A stretch of 64,000 nucleotides of DNA from Zancudomyces culisetae HAW-14-8 (GCA_052426225.1 JBNJNM010000009.1:372001-436000); one strand, 5' to 3'. Positions 1 through 12,492 are shown, numbered from the stretch's first letter. Translations and numbers: made by a program. Notes: a model not told the origin generated them from the sequence alone.

Positions 1-660
1 GGTGTACTGAAAATCATTGATTTTGGCTGTGCCACCATATTTAGAAAACGTGTTATAAAATGTGCTGGAAATTCGTTTAAGATTATAAACACGCCGTTTG
101 ACGACTATAAAAAATTCCTATCAAACGTAAAAACACCATTTGATTCTGAAAATGGTGGTTTAGACTCCATATTTCAGGGTTTTGGCTCAAATGGCTATGA
201 TGATGTCAATTTTGGGAACCACATAGGTGAGGATTATGAAAATCATGGGTATATAGATATAAAATCAAGTGGGCTTTGCGGATCAGATCCATATATCGCT
301 CCCGAGGTATACACCAGAGATTGCTATGACGCGACAAAGGTGGATATCTGGGCGGCTGGGATTATTTTGCTTTCAATGTACAATCTACATTTCCCGTGGG
401 ACATCGCAAATCCAGAAAAGGACAAAGGGTTCTCCTCATACCTGAACAATCGCTCCGAATTTATCGATAATTGGCTAGCAGAAAAGTATGATTGTAACGG
501 TCTTATCAAAAACATCTTGAACCCAGTTCCTGATTTTCGTCCTGATACACAGACTATTTTTAATGCTCGTTGGTTCAAGAGTATTGAGATTTGTACCGAA
601 AATTCCGATTGTATATCTCATTCCCATTCAAGAATCCTTATTCAAAGGTTGGATCCGTAG
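1..660 (+). CDS. Ser/Thr protein kinase, HAL4/HRK1/NPR1-like (C-terminal part; 5' end outside window)
   Basis: Frame 1 is open from base 1: GVLKIIDFG ... GLCGSDPYIAPE ... KVDIWAAGII ... (kinase subdomains VII-XI). CGSDPYIAPE is typical of fungal HAL/NPR kinases. Stop at 658-660. Confidence 0.85.
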   Translation, partial: GVLKIIDFGCATIFRKRVIKCAGNSFKIINTPFDDYKKFLSNVKTPFDSENGGLDSIFQGFGSNGYDDVNFGNHIGEDYENHGYIDIKSSGLCGSDPYIAPEVYTRDCYDATKVDIWAAGIILLSMYNLHFPWDIANPEKDKGFSSYLNNRSEFIDNWLAEKYDCNGLIKNILNPVPDFRPDTQTIFNARWFKSIEICTENSDCISHSHSRILIQRLDP

Positions 661-1288
661 TTGGTTGATCGGTTTTTGGTGCCTCTACATCCGAAATCTG
701 ACTCAAAATATGCTTTGAGCATGCAGCTTGTTGTATTTATCACCCTCCTCAAGAAAATTAAAACACAATTAGATGATTTCATTTCTAACTCACCCTTCTT
801 TCTTCTGTAAATAAAAAGAAAACAATCATTTCAATATATCTATTTTGACATTTTGGACATCATTTCATCCATTATGTTGTTGAGATTTCAAGAGATTATT
901 TACCGAGTGGAGCTTTAAAGCAGTTTACTTGATGGATTATTGCATTTTCGACTAGGACCACGGCTTTAAGAGTATAATGGCGCGGTAGCGCAAGCAAAGT
1001 CTTCAAAAGTGTTCAGAATCAATATCGATGGGGCTTTACTGGTGTATCCTAGCTTGCACACACTGTTAAACAATATGCCATTCCTTTTTTTTATTGGAAA
1101 AAATGTCGTTAATGAAAAGATGAAAAATGAAATAAAAATGTAACAACTAGTGTAAGGAAACCCTGCTTATAATCTCTGTTTACTTGCTAGTTTATCTATA
1201 CTCTTAATTGAAACAGGAAACATTGCAGAGTCAGTTTAATGGTGATAGGATTCGTGATAGCGCATTGAATAGATCGAGGTGATAGAGA

Positions 1289-1870
1289 TTAGCATGTAGA
1301 AACGGTGGTAGTAGTAAAAATTGTGGTTTTGATGGTAGATGTGACCAAATTCGTAGCTCCGCTTGTCTTTCCATTTGCGGAGGTCACGTATACTGTATTT
1401 TCCCTAGTTACGTATAAAGGCTTTGTGATAGTTGTTGGCCGCGGGCATAAAGCCGTAACATGAATTGTTGATGAAACAACACGTTCAGTTACCCATGTGG
1501 AATAAATTGTTTGAAAAATTGGTTGGAAAAAGCCAAACAAGCCTCGATTCGAAACAGACTGTGGAGCCTGTGGAGCCTGGGTAACTGTGCGCCTCGTGGT
1601 CACGATTCTACTTTCTAGGTTGATATTGCTTTCTACATTCTGAGATTTAGCTTTGTTCTTGAGTTTCTTATAAATGTTAAAAGATTTGGGTTTCTGTGCA
1701 TTATTATCCCCAGGAATATTTCGTATTTTGTCGTCCTTTACGGCTCTTTCTTTGAGGATTGTCAAATTTTTGTCGTATATTTCGTCATTCCTACCGCTGA
1801 ATTGCGTTGTACACACTGTTGTTATAAAAAAAAGTGCGATGTATATGAGTGTTTTGGGGTCGAATTTCAT
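1289..1870 (-). CDS. Secreted Thr/Val-rich protein of unknown function
   Basis: 193 aa ORF with a hydrophobic signal peptide (MKFDPKTLIYIALFFITTVC), basic putative processing sites and a Thr-rich C-terminal half. Confidence 0.7.
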   Translation of the reverse strand: MKFDPKTLIYIALFFITTVCTTQFSGRNDEIYDKNLTILKERAVKDDKIRNIPGDNNAQKPKSFNIYKKLKNKAKSQNVESNINLESRIVTTRRTVTQAPQAPQSVSNRGLFGFFQPIFQTIYSTWVTERVVSSTIHVTALCPRPTTITKPLYVTRENTVYVTSANGKTSGATNLVTSTIKTTIFTTTTVSTC

Positions 1871-2495
1871 TTTATGCTTATCTATTAGTATATGAAAGAA
1901 AAAGTATGTTGGTATTTGATCAATTCCATTAAAGGATTTTTCTTCAAGATATACAAGGTTGGCTTTGCCTCAAATTATTTTTTTTTTGCAACCATTTTTT
2001 TTTGTAAGAATTGTTGATAATTTAATTTATAGCTTTTGTAAGATCTAAATACATTGGTTGTAACTTCCGGTGATTTTTTGATTTATTTTTTTAACGAAAT
2101 TTTGAATCGGTTTCTTCTATTAATAGAACATTTTGATTCTCTAATAAAAAACTTTGACATTGTACAACATCAATTCATACCAAATTATGACCGGTATTTT
2201 GAAGGTGCATAAAAATAAGCCAATATTATACTAACTTTCAATAGCAGAAAAAAAACACAAAACGATAATGTTTAAAAATATCAAAATAAAAAATCCGTTC
2301 TAGTAAAAAGACAAAAACCTTTACGAAACACCGCCCAGCATCCATCGGGAAAACCAAGGCTCCTACATTTTGAACACGCCTTTGCAAGCTTATCTTTCAA
2401 GTTATCATAAAAGTTTAAGGCGTGTTAGTGGTATTCGGTTTGGTTGGTTTTTTATTTTCAAGAGAAAATGATATCCTATTTATAAATTCTATAAT

Positions 2496-4274
2496 CTAGA
2501 AAAAGTAAACAGAGATAACAAGAATAAATAAATGCAAATACACAGAAAGGAAACCTGGCACAATATTCGCTGCAACATTAGTAATATTTTGGGGTGGCTG
2601 GATAACCAATCGTGTACCATCTGCATCTTGAAGATTGGCAAAGTATTTCAACAAATCAAGCATTTCCCTTGGCTTGTCGTAGCCAGCCATGTGACTAGCA
2701 TTATAAATTACAGAATATCCCAAACCTCTTTCTTCGTGATACCACCCTGAACTTTTACCAGGCACCAGCCAACCGCTATTACTAGTATACTCTCTTTTTG
2801 TAAAACCCCTGTAGCCATTCCAAGTCAGATTTCCAATGAGATATTGGTGTGATAATTTATTGCAAAGAAAATCTTGATCCCCATCAAAGAGTAATATTCT
2901 GGTATCCTTTAACAAACTTGGGAGTAGTGTGACAGATGGTGGCGTTGCGGTATCTCTTGACAACACCTCATTCACATCATCATTGCACTCGACCCAGGTT
3001 TGATTAACGTTTTCGGGAGCAATATTAAGTGCTAGTTGCACATCAATCCTTGAAGCATATTGTTTAAGTAGCTTAACGCTTGGTGGCCAGTTCATTCCAC
3101 ATGCAGGTATAGTATCCGTCAGTCTTACATCATAAATGTTGTAGCATTTACCAGCTTTATTGACTCCGGCTGCTAGGATAGTTTCAACAATGCTTTCGCA
3201 TTCCTCAACTATGATATTGTTGACGCTGTTATTGCTGTAGTGTTCCATGCAACTGTTGGTTGCAATATTTATTTTTTCGTTCCCTTCTGGTGTCATCTTT
3301 TTAACACTATTTATGAACGGACCGTATGATGCATAGGTACTTTTTGGATCAATCCAACCATTACCTATCATAACCCCACCCAAGTTTATTCCTAGCCTTT
3401 CTTTTTGTTTTAGCAAGCTTTGGGCCAAATATGGTAGGTAGGTTCCAGCCATACTTTCACCACTAATATATAGTTCTCTGCTTCTGTACTCTGGAAAGAT
3501 GTTGTAGAAGTTTTTTAAAAATCTCGTCAAATATGCTGTAGATTCGACATATGTTTTGACATAATTGGTAGAGTCGGTGTGACTGTAGCCTGTTCCAAAT
3601 GGCTGATCAATATAAAGAACGTCAACAAGGTCAGTAAAGGCATAATTCCTTTTAACTATGTTCCCATCTTCATTAAAAATATAGGGCCCGTTTGTAAGAA
3701 ATAGACCATCCAAGCTACTGCAACCCGGTCCACCATTTAACCACAATACAAACTTATCGTTATTGTATTCATTAGTTGTGTTTTTTAGAAGCCAAAAAAA
3801 CATTTTTTTAGAAGGACCCTCAAGTTCAATATGACCTGCATAGTTCTTTATTTCCTGCAGTCTGCTATCTACAATCCCAGGTAACTTGATTACCTCATAA
3901 TCCTTCTTTGTTTTCTTTGTGACATTTTTCTTTGGTTCATCGATGGTACTATCAAATATAAGATCACGTTTCAAGTTATAGATGCCATCACTTTTTTCCT
4001 TTTTAAAGTCAAATTCTTTTCTAGAATGTCTTTTCCATTTCACTTCTATTTGTTAAAATAAAAAAAAGCTCTTTTAAAGCAATTCTAATGTTTTTAATAA
4101 CACTTCACTGTTCTACTATCTTGTACCTAACACCCAAATGCCAGTAAATATATATATTTTTTTACATAAAAAGATAAATCTTTATGACTTACGTTTAAAC
4201 AGATCATTGTCGTGGGTTTGAACATCCGATGCCAAACATATGTATAGACATAGGAGTATAATGGGTATTAGCAT
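2496..4274 (-). CDS. KEX1: Serine carboxypeptidase S10, Kex1-like; 2 exons (4274-4193, 4045-2496)
   Basis: Motifs WLNGGPGCSS, YIDQPFGTGYS, GESMAG (Ser), GDQDFLC (Asp) and NASHM (His). Signal-peptide exon MLIPIILLCLYICLASD joins in frame via a GTAAGT...TAG intron (4192-4046). Hydrophobic C-terminus. Confidence 0.88.
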
Positions 4275-6598
4275 TATATCCTGTTTTTATTTAAGGTAGA
4301 ATTTTTAAAATGGGTTGACTTGACAAAAAAAAAAGTACAATACATCTGTATATAGGTATAAAAAAAATAATAACAACTGCTTTGAGTTTATGAGATGAGG
4401 TAATGTGACATGTATATATAACTGCTATTACAATTTATAGTTATATATATACATACACACACATGTTTCTATTTTTTATTTTTTACTTCTTGTGGTATAT
4501 TCAAAATTTCCTTATTTACATCGATGCCGCAAGTTTCTATCCTTTTTTTAATCTCAAAATGGTCTTATGCACAAAATCCCACAAGTTAGTATAAAAAAGG
4601 GAAAAAATAAGAAGAGTTTAGTGAAAAGGGTGAAAGTTATTTTCATAAAAAGCAGAATTTGGCACATAAAAGTCCAGCCTAATAAAGCAAAGAGAATAAC
4701 TATTACTTTTCTAGTTCTGGGTCGAGGGAATGTTATAGTGAACTCTTCTAGCCAGAGGATAATACTTTTAAAATTATTGTGATTTGTTTTTTTTTTTGTT
4801 TTTACAAACCCAAAAAAGGTTCACATTTGCATTGGTTAGTATCATATTTAAGGTGATTTTCAACATAGTTGAGGATATTCCCCCTTAAGCTATTTTTATT
4901 TGATTATTTCAAAACAATAACATGTGAATAGAATATAACCCTTGTACCAGTAGTGTAAAGATGTTGCTCTAGCTTGGTTGGCTATCGTTTTTCTCCTAAA
5001 TTTACAAGATAATCAACAATATCACATACACTCATTACTGAACCAGCGCTCCTTGCCAGGATTATTAATGGAAATGTCATATGGTGTTATTTTATTTCTT
5101 ATTCGTGCTAATTTATCGGTGGTTGGAAGTTGAAGAGAGGATATAGTGTGAAAACTAGAATAAATACGTATGGACAGCCTAAAACAATACATTAAAAATT
5201 CAGGTTTAAGAGAGTTGAAGGGCTTGGTAATTAACGAATAGCCTTGCTATGTGTCGAATGTGAGCATTATTGACTATTGTTGCATTCCGGAATTATTCAA
5301 AGTTTTACCCCAGATACAAGTCACAAAGTGTCTTGCTGAGAAATATGCACCCATGCATCATCATTATCTTGGAGGAAGTGTGGGAGCAAGAGAGCAAGAG
5401 AGTAAAAAGTTTGGAGTGGTATCAGTTGGAAAAATTAAATCTCCTGGGAAACTAGGTTGAGTTTTTTTGTTTTATTTTCTTGGATATAAATTATTCAGCC
5501 ATTGATATCTAAAACTCAATAGGTCAGGAGCTAGAACATAACTCACCACAATGAAGTTTGCACATGTAGCGTGTCTTGGTATAAAAGGAATATTTTATTC
5601 GTTTTTTTGTAAAGCTAGAACATCAACTGCCAATAAAATCCGAATTAGCAATTTTTCCTCAAAAAGATTGAGAAAGGAAGAATTTTTAGCAGTTAGTTGG
5701 AAAATACACAATGAGTATCACAGGACAAACAAGCAAAGGTATATTGCAGATTTAATGAGCGTAATGAATTAGCCAGCTTCCAATATTTTATATATAAAAA
5801 AGTAAAAACCACACTTGGGATAGAAAGTTTTATTTTTATCAGGCAGGGGTATTTGGTTATCAATTGTGGCCTATTCCGGTCGAAACCGTGATCGGAGGGT
5901 GGTGTGGTCCAGCTAAGATCAAATAAAATGATTTTATTGGTTTCTATAGCGAAAATTACTTAGATAAATGCAATTAGGCCGAATATGTGCTTGGTATACA
6001 TTTCTGGATGCTCCGAATTGTTTACCACTACCAAAATCGCTATTAGAATATAATTACAATATTCTCGTACCCAAGTCCAAAAAAGTACAGAGAGCTGTGC
6101 CATTGAGGAACAATTCTAGCAAGACTTACCAGCTTCGTTTCAACTGATATTTGTGTCTTTATTTGAAAACTGTAATTTTGTAGATATTTTACCAAACTAA
6201 AGGCGAGATGTTCATCATTCTAATTTTCTAAAAGAACATTTCTGCCTTCTACTTAATTCTATCATTGGAGTGGTTGATTTAATGTCCACATATAAAGTGT
6301 GATAGCTTTGATTGGTACTATGCACTAAAAAAGGATGAAGCTTACCATAAAGGTCAACTTGTATGCAAGAACCGGCCTAAAATGGAAGATGCATGTTACA
6401 ATAGAATCTAAAATGGAAGATACTAATAGTGTAGAAGAGTAAAGAGGCGTACTCATAGTAGTACGTTTCATTTTCAATCTTTCTGGAGACAGCAACGTTT
6501 AAATACTGCTTTCTTTCTTTTTATTCTCTTTACCGTTTATTGATTTTCGCTTAAGGATATAAAAAATAAAAGAGTCAGGGAAAGACTGAAGAATAAAA

Positions 6599-8394
6599 AT
6601 GGTAAGAGTTATAATATAATATGAATATGAATATGAATATGAGCTCACTTGGCTGAGTTGATTAGCACTGTTGAGCAATCTACCAATGAATATGTAACTT
6701 TTATTTTTATTTTGAGTACTAAACAAATAACTAGGAGCATATAATATTGACAAAGTATGAAAGAGCATATTTGATGGTGCTTAACAAACCACGCTCACTC
6801 AACAGCATAAACTCTGCAATGGCAAAAATAATTAAAAATAAGGTTAATGTATGTACTCTGAGAAATCTGTTTTTCTAATAGGAAAACACTCGCAATATGC
6901 GAATATGAAAACGAGCACATCTTATTGCATTGGCTTTAGATAGTGTTGCTATTCTTATTCATAGGAATGGGAGCAGTTAGAAGAGTGTAATGTGATGATA
7001 ATTAAATCATCCACACCAGGCATTTTTTGCGCGGGAGGCGACCTAATAGGTAAAATGAAGCCCACTATCTTACAATTAAAAAAAAAAGTTCTGCTTGGTA
7101 TATTTTTGTACGACCTGGGTTTAAATAGCCCACGTTCAAAGAGATGTGTAGGATATTTGGTAAACTTATTAAAATAAGCAAAAAATAATAGCGCACATTG
7201 CATCTTCTAGTATCCATGCGAAGCGTGAATTCTTCAAGGATTTATATCTGATGTGCTATACCGTAGGGGTTAGTAAAAAGCCTGTAGTTGCCCTGATTGA
7301 CGGGATAGCAAGTTAGTGTATTTATTGTGTTTGAGATTTTTTCCATTAAGGCTACTTTTTAAAAAAAGAGTATAGGTATAAATGTATGGCTATCAAAAAT
7401 AAATTTTATAGTGGGTGGTGGCTTAGGAATCAGCATACACGCACCCTTCCGCGTAGTGACAGAAAACTCTATTGTTGCAATGCCAGAAACACTTATTGGG
7501 CTTTTCCCGGATGTAGGTGCATCGTTTTTTCTATCAAGGCTGGATGGTGAATTGGGAACTTACATGGGCTTGATGGGACATAGGCTAAGGGCTCGTGATA
7601 TATTTTATGCGGGGATTGGAACACACTACGTAAAGTCAAAAAAATTGCCCGAACTAGAGGAGAGATTGGGAAGAATTCAACATAAGGATTATAACGCTAT
7701 CAACAAAGTGCTAGAGGAGTTTGTTGAGCCAGATGCAAATGCCTCACAAGGAAAAATATATACCTATTCGATGTTAAAGTATACTGATGTTATTAACAGA
7801 TGTTTTTGTTTCTCAACTATTGAAGACATCATGGACGCGCTGAAAAGAGAAACCGATATGCAAGAATGGGCTGTAGTAACGATTGAAGAAATAAAGAAAA
7901 GATCACCCACATCCTTAAAAGTTACTCTTGAGTTGCTTAGAAGAGGCAGAAACATGAGTTTAAAAGCATGTTTAGAGATGGAATCGCAAGTTGCGTGTAG
8001 GATAATTGAAGGCAGTGATTTTCGTGAAGGGGTGACCGAACTGCTGGTCACAAAAAAGAGGCAGCCAAAATGGAACCCATCTAGGTTAGATATGGTTGAT
8101 TTGGATAAAATTCAAAAGAAATTTTTTGGTCTACCAGATACTGACTATAGTTTAGCATTTCCTAGCGATATTGATTATATGCTCTCGCCTCACAGGAGGT
8201 TTACACTCCCTACTGATTTGGAAATTGATTACGTATGTACGAGAGTTCTAAATTACAACTATCCTGGAAACATAGCAAAAGCTAGGCTAGTAAGTATACT
8301 TGTTGAGAAATATGGAGGAAAGGATGGGGTTATTCAGAAAGTAATGCACTATTTACTGCGTATAGATCATGTGGGCTATTTTAGTAAACATTGA
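6599..8394 (+). CDS. 3-hydroxyisobutyryl-CoA hydrolase (HIBCH/Ehd3 family, crotonase fold); about 5 exons
   Basis: Spliced exons give LNKPRSLNSIN, FCAGGD, KPVVALIDGIAMGGGLG, AMPETLIGLFPDVG, SPTSLKVT and DFREGV...PKW. Exon 1 is proposed as the ATG alone (6599-6601, followed by GTAAGA). Confidence 0.85.
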
Positions 8395-8845
8395 GCATGT
8401 CTGAATATAGTTTCAATGCATTATTCGTATTCTTGTTTTTATATTCATATTTGTCTTTTTTCGTTACTTTAAACGTACCATAATATTAGTTATTCAGTAT
8501 TGATGCATATAAATCATAAAACAAACCGCGATTTTAGGATCGTATTTTAACATCCTCCACCACTTCATTGTTAACATACTGCTAGCAATTTTTATAATTC
8601 CTATTTTCCCCAGCGCGTAAAGGTGGCAAAACCATAAACGCTAATCAAAAAGAACTAAAAGTGTGAACAAGAGCATGTATGGCTGATATTTTATTTTTCA
8701 ATTCCTAAAAAACGTGAAAATTTTTGATCAGCTAGTAAAAATAAAAAAAGGGGGAACGAGGAATGAGGAATGAGGAATTACGCAAATAATACAAGTTGCA
8801 AAGCTCAATTGAATATAAAAGTTGGTGGTTCAAAAGTTGTATATA

Positions 8846-10702
8846 ATGGTAAGTCCATTTGCTCACACAATAATTGCCATATACAGAAAAAGTACAAGAG
8901 AAAAACGTGTTAACAAAAAAAAAATAGTCGACAAAAATAAATGTACCAAAGAATCTACGATTTACCGATCAAACCTTCGATATATCGTTGCATCCCTCAA
9001 AGAATCTTGTAGCAACGGGACTGTTGTCGGGCTATCTGTTTATGTAAGTACAACACAGTTTACTTTTGAGAACACCACACTGGGTTTTCGATATTAAAAT
9101 TTTGCGTTTTTTTTGCAAAACTCGATTCGGCTCAAAGACAAAGATTATTCATACTTTTATTGATAAACGTAGAAATAAATACAAAGAAAATGAATCAAAC
9201 GTGCGGGTTTACAAGAAAAAGGTTCATAGTAAAACGTGTAGAACACTGACTTTTTCGGTTGATGGAAAAGGTAACTAGAGTCCAGAACTTTTTTTTTTGA
9301 AACAATATCTAGACTTGACGTCCAAAAGTAGCAAAATAATAAGTTGGACCAAACGTTCTATAATAGGGATATATACAGGCTCAAAGGATAAAAGTTGGAA
9401 TTATATTGATTTGGAAAAAGCTGATGTGCTACACAGCCAGCTAGAGGCGCACAAGTAAGAATGAGACTTGTTATTCTTATTCATACATATGGTATCATCT
9501 GTACTATTGAAAAATTTAGCATATATATTCGGCGTATTAAAAAAAGATCAATGACTAATGGGCAATAAATAATAAACAAAAGGGCACCTATAAACCGACT
9601 GATGACGATAGACGAACACACCTTGGCGACCGGTGATGATAATGGCACAATAAAGGTATGTCTGAAAACATTACAATCATGATTACTCGGATTATAATAT
9701 GCAACACTCAAGTAAACACGCTTGAATCAAAATAAATTGGAATAGGTATGGGATGTTAGGAGCAAAAAACAGGCCCTCGTTTATAAGGAGCACGTCGATT
9801 ATATTTCAGACATGATATTTAACCAAAAAAAGAGAAATCTTATTGTTACGAGCGGTGATGGGTGTTTGTCAGTATATGATATACGTAAGACCACACCGAT
9901 AATGGTATCAGACAATCAAGATGAAGAGCTTTCGAGTGTAGCCCTAGTTAGGAACGGGTCTAAGGTGGCAGTGGGAACCCAGGAAGGCGTTTTGGGGTTG
10001 TTTAAATATGGACAATTCGGGGACGTTTCTGATAGATTTCCAGGAAACCCAAGCAGTATTGAGTCTCTTTGTAAAATCAATGAAAATACGTTGATCGCTG
10101 GAGGGGGAGATGGTCATATAAGAGTCATTAGTCTCTATCCCCATAGCTATTCAGGAAAGGTGGGGAAGCATGGAGCGTTGCCTGTTGAGAGAGTTTTATT
10201 GACATGGGACAAAAAATACTTGGTGAGTTTGGCACAAGATTCTAAAATCAAATTTTGGAACACATCCAGCATCTACCAAAAGTATGACCAAAAGATTTCT
10301 TTCAATTATGACTCAGATTTGTCATCGGGTACATCATCCAACTCGGATTCGGCCACAAGATCAGATTCGAGCTCTAACTCTGACTCTGACTCTGACTCTG
10401 GCTCGGATTCAGACACAAATTCTGCATTTGTTCCACCTACGGCTAACCCTAAGAAGAACACAAATGTAAAGAACACAAATGTAAACGCTGCTTCTGATTC
10501 TGACTCTGATTCTGGTTTTGGTTCTGATGCTAACTCTCATTCTGACTCTGAGTCTGGCTCTGAGTTTGTATCCACAACAATACCACAACCTGGCGTTTCG
10601 TCTTCTTTGCTCAACATTCCAGCCAAAAGAAAACAAACAGCCAAACCAAAGAATACATCAAAGGCAAAACTCAAGTCGTTTTTTAAAGACATTAATAAAT
10701 AG
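8846..10702 (+). CDS. WD40 protein WDR55/Jip5-like with Ser-Asp-rich tail; several 5' introns
   Basis: Exons encode FDISLHPSKNLVATGLLSG, LATGDDNGTIKVWDVR, EHVDYISDM, VTSGDGCLSVYDIRK, SDNQDEEL and DRFPG, with C-terminal SFFKDI. ATG at 8846 is followed directly by GTAAGT. Confidence 0.8.
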
Positions 10703-11000
10703 CCACTATTTTCGAGTTTTTGTATAGAATTTCACTGTTTGCTGGTTTTGCACCACCTTAATAAGTCATTAAAATGTGCTAATACACAAAAAACCTGCAA
10801 ATCTGGTAAAAAAAATCCCTTACCTGGATGTTCCAAACTTTTTGATCAATCAAAATTATCGATTACGTTTTGCTGAAATGAAAAAATATAAAATGCTGAA
10901 ATTTCCACCGAACTTTTCTTTAATCCCATATAATATAAAAAAGTCGATACTGAAAAACTAATAAACAGAATTTTCGTTGCGAAATACAAAGAAAAGAAAA

Positions 11001-11886
11001 ATGGAGAATCCAACAAAATCAAGGCTGGCGAAGATATCGAGAAAAACAAACGAAACCGATGTTTCTGTGTTTTTAAGAATAGGACCTTTCCACGAAACCA
11101 ATGATATCTTGTTTGACACACAGATCGATACTGGAATCGGTTTTCTTGATCATGTATGTCATTCTCCAAATTCACCATTTAACACCCCACCCCTATTAAT
11201 TGGCTCAACGCTGGTCTGCTATTTTTAAAGAATTATTTAATTCAAGTAATAGAAAAAAAACAATGTATAACAAATAGATGTACTATGCGCTTGCAAAACA
11301 TGCAAACTGGGAATTGCGATTGAATTGTGTGGGTGACATTCATATTGACGACCACCACACTGCCGAGGATACCGCCATAGCTCTAGGACAAGCGTTTAAG
11401 CAGGCTCTTGGGGAACCTCGAGGAATTAAACGATTCGGTTACGCATATTGCCCACTGGACGAGGTAAGTATATTGCACTAATCTTTCTACTAATTCGCAA
11501 CCTGTGCTTTTGGGTATTTCTGCGTAAATGAGTGTTAAATATTATGAAAACCGAATGCTAAATGAAACATTAAATATGATAAATGAAATATGAAATAAAT
11601 CAAGGCTTTATCAAGAGCAGTGGTGGATATATCTGGTCGTGGATATTGCCATGCAAACTTGTCGCTGAAGCGCGATATGATAGGACAGCTGTCATGTGAA
11701 ATGATTCCGCACGTAATATCTTCGTTTGCCACAAGCGCAGGGATTACAGTTCATGTAGACAACATCAGAGGGGACAATGACCACCATAAGGCTGAATCAG
11801 CATTTAAGGCGCTAGCGGTTGCACTTAAGCAGGCTGTTGAGCTAACTGGGGATACTAGCGTTCCCAGTACAAAAGGTGTTTTATAA
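11001..11886 (+). CDS. HIS3: Imidazoleglycerol-phosphate dehydratase; 3 exons
   Basis: Motifs [55 protein letters not shown] and VPSTKGVL, joined across two GT-AG introns. Confidence 0.95.
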
Positions 11887-12338
11887 GCCCCAAAAGCTTT
11901 GCATGCTCTTAGTTTTGTAGAGGTTTTTTTATTGTTTTTTACAAAGCAACTAGCCGCCATTTTGAAAGAAGTAGATTGGTACTTTTTAACGATTTATTCT
12001 TTTAGCTGTTTATTTGGTATTAATGTACAGGTTAACTTGAATTAACTATAAAAATATGTTGATATTGGTATATCATTTAGTGTTAGCTAAACGTTGCGTA
12101 CTTCAAACATACAACTATTTGTTTAAAGGTTAGTGATAATTTCTGGCTATTCATAAAACAGTTTGGGTATGCTGGGTTGAGTAGAGTTTAGAATTTTTTA
12201 ATTATTGCTCAATAACCATTAGACGACGCTGATAACAAATCTGTATTGATGTAAATGTGTACTGAGTTTAACAAAAAAAAATAATTAATTGTTAAACTGG
12301 TATAATATATATAAGCTTAATCTGATAAACAAAAAGAA

Positions 12339-12410
12339 TCCGCAATGGTCTAGTGGCTAGGATCCGACGCTCTCACCGTCGTGGCCGGGGTTCGATTCCC
12401 CGTTGCGGAA
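12339..12410 (+). tRNA. tRNA-Glu (CTC)
   Basis: Acceptor stem TCCGCAA/TTGCGGA, D arm TGGTCTAGTGGCTAGGA, anticodon arm CGACG-CTCTCAC-CGTCG, T loop GGTTCGATTCC. Confidence 0.95.
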
Positions 12411-12412
12411 AC

Positions 12413-12484
12413 AGCACCATAGCGCAGAGGAAGCGCGCAAGGCTCATAACCTTGAGGTCCCTAGATCGAAACTAGGTGGTGCTA
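12413..12484 (+). tRNA. Initiator tRNA-Met (CAT)
   Basis: A1:U72 acceptor AGCACCA/TGGTGCT, D arm AGCGCAGAGGAAGCGCG, anticodon loop CTCATAA, eukaryotic initiator-type T loop GATCGAAAC (A54, A60). Confidence 0.93.
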
Positions 12485-12487
12485 GCC

Positions 12488-12492
12488 TTTTT
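12488..12492 (+). terminator. RNA polymerase III oligo-T terminator for the tRNA pair
   Basis: A T-run lies 3 nt after tRNA-iMet; there is none between the two tRNAs. Confidence 0.7.

Noticed and set aside
5181-5960. Short ORFs, a small hairpin near 5876-5897 and a GCTAAGATCAA match to U2 snRNA
   Set aside because: No recognisable protein motif; the U2 branch-pairing sequence GTGTAGTA does not follow.
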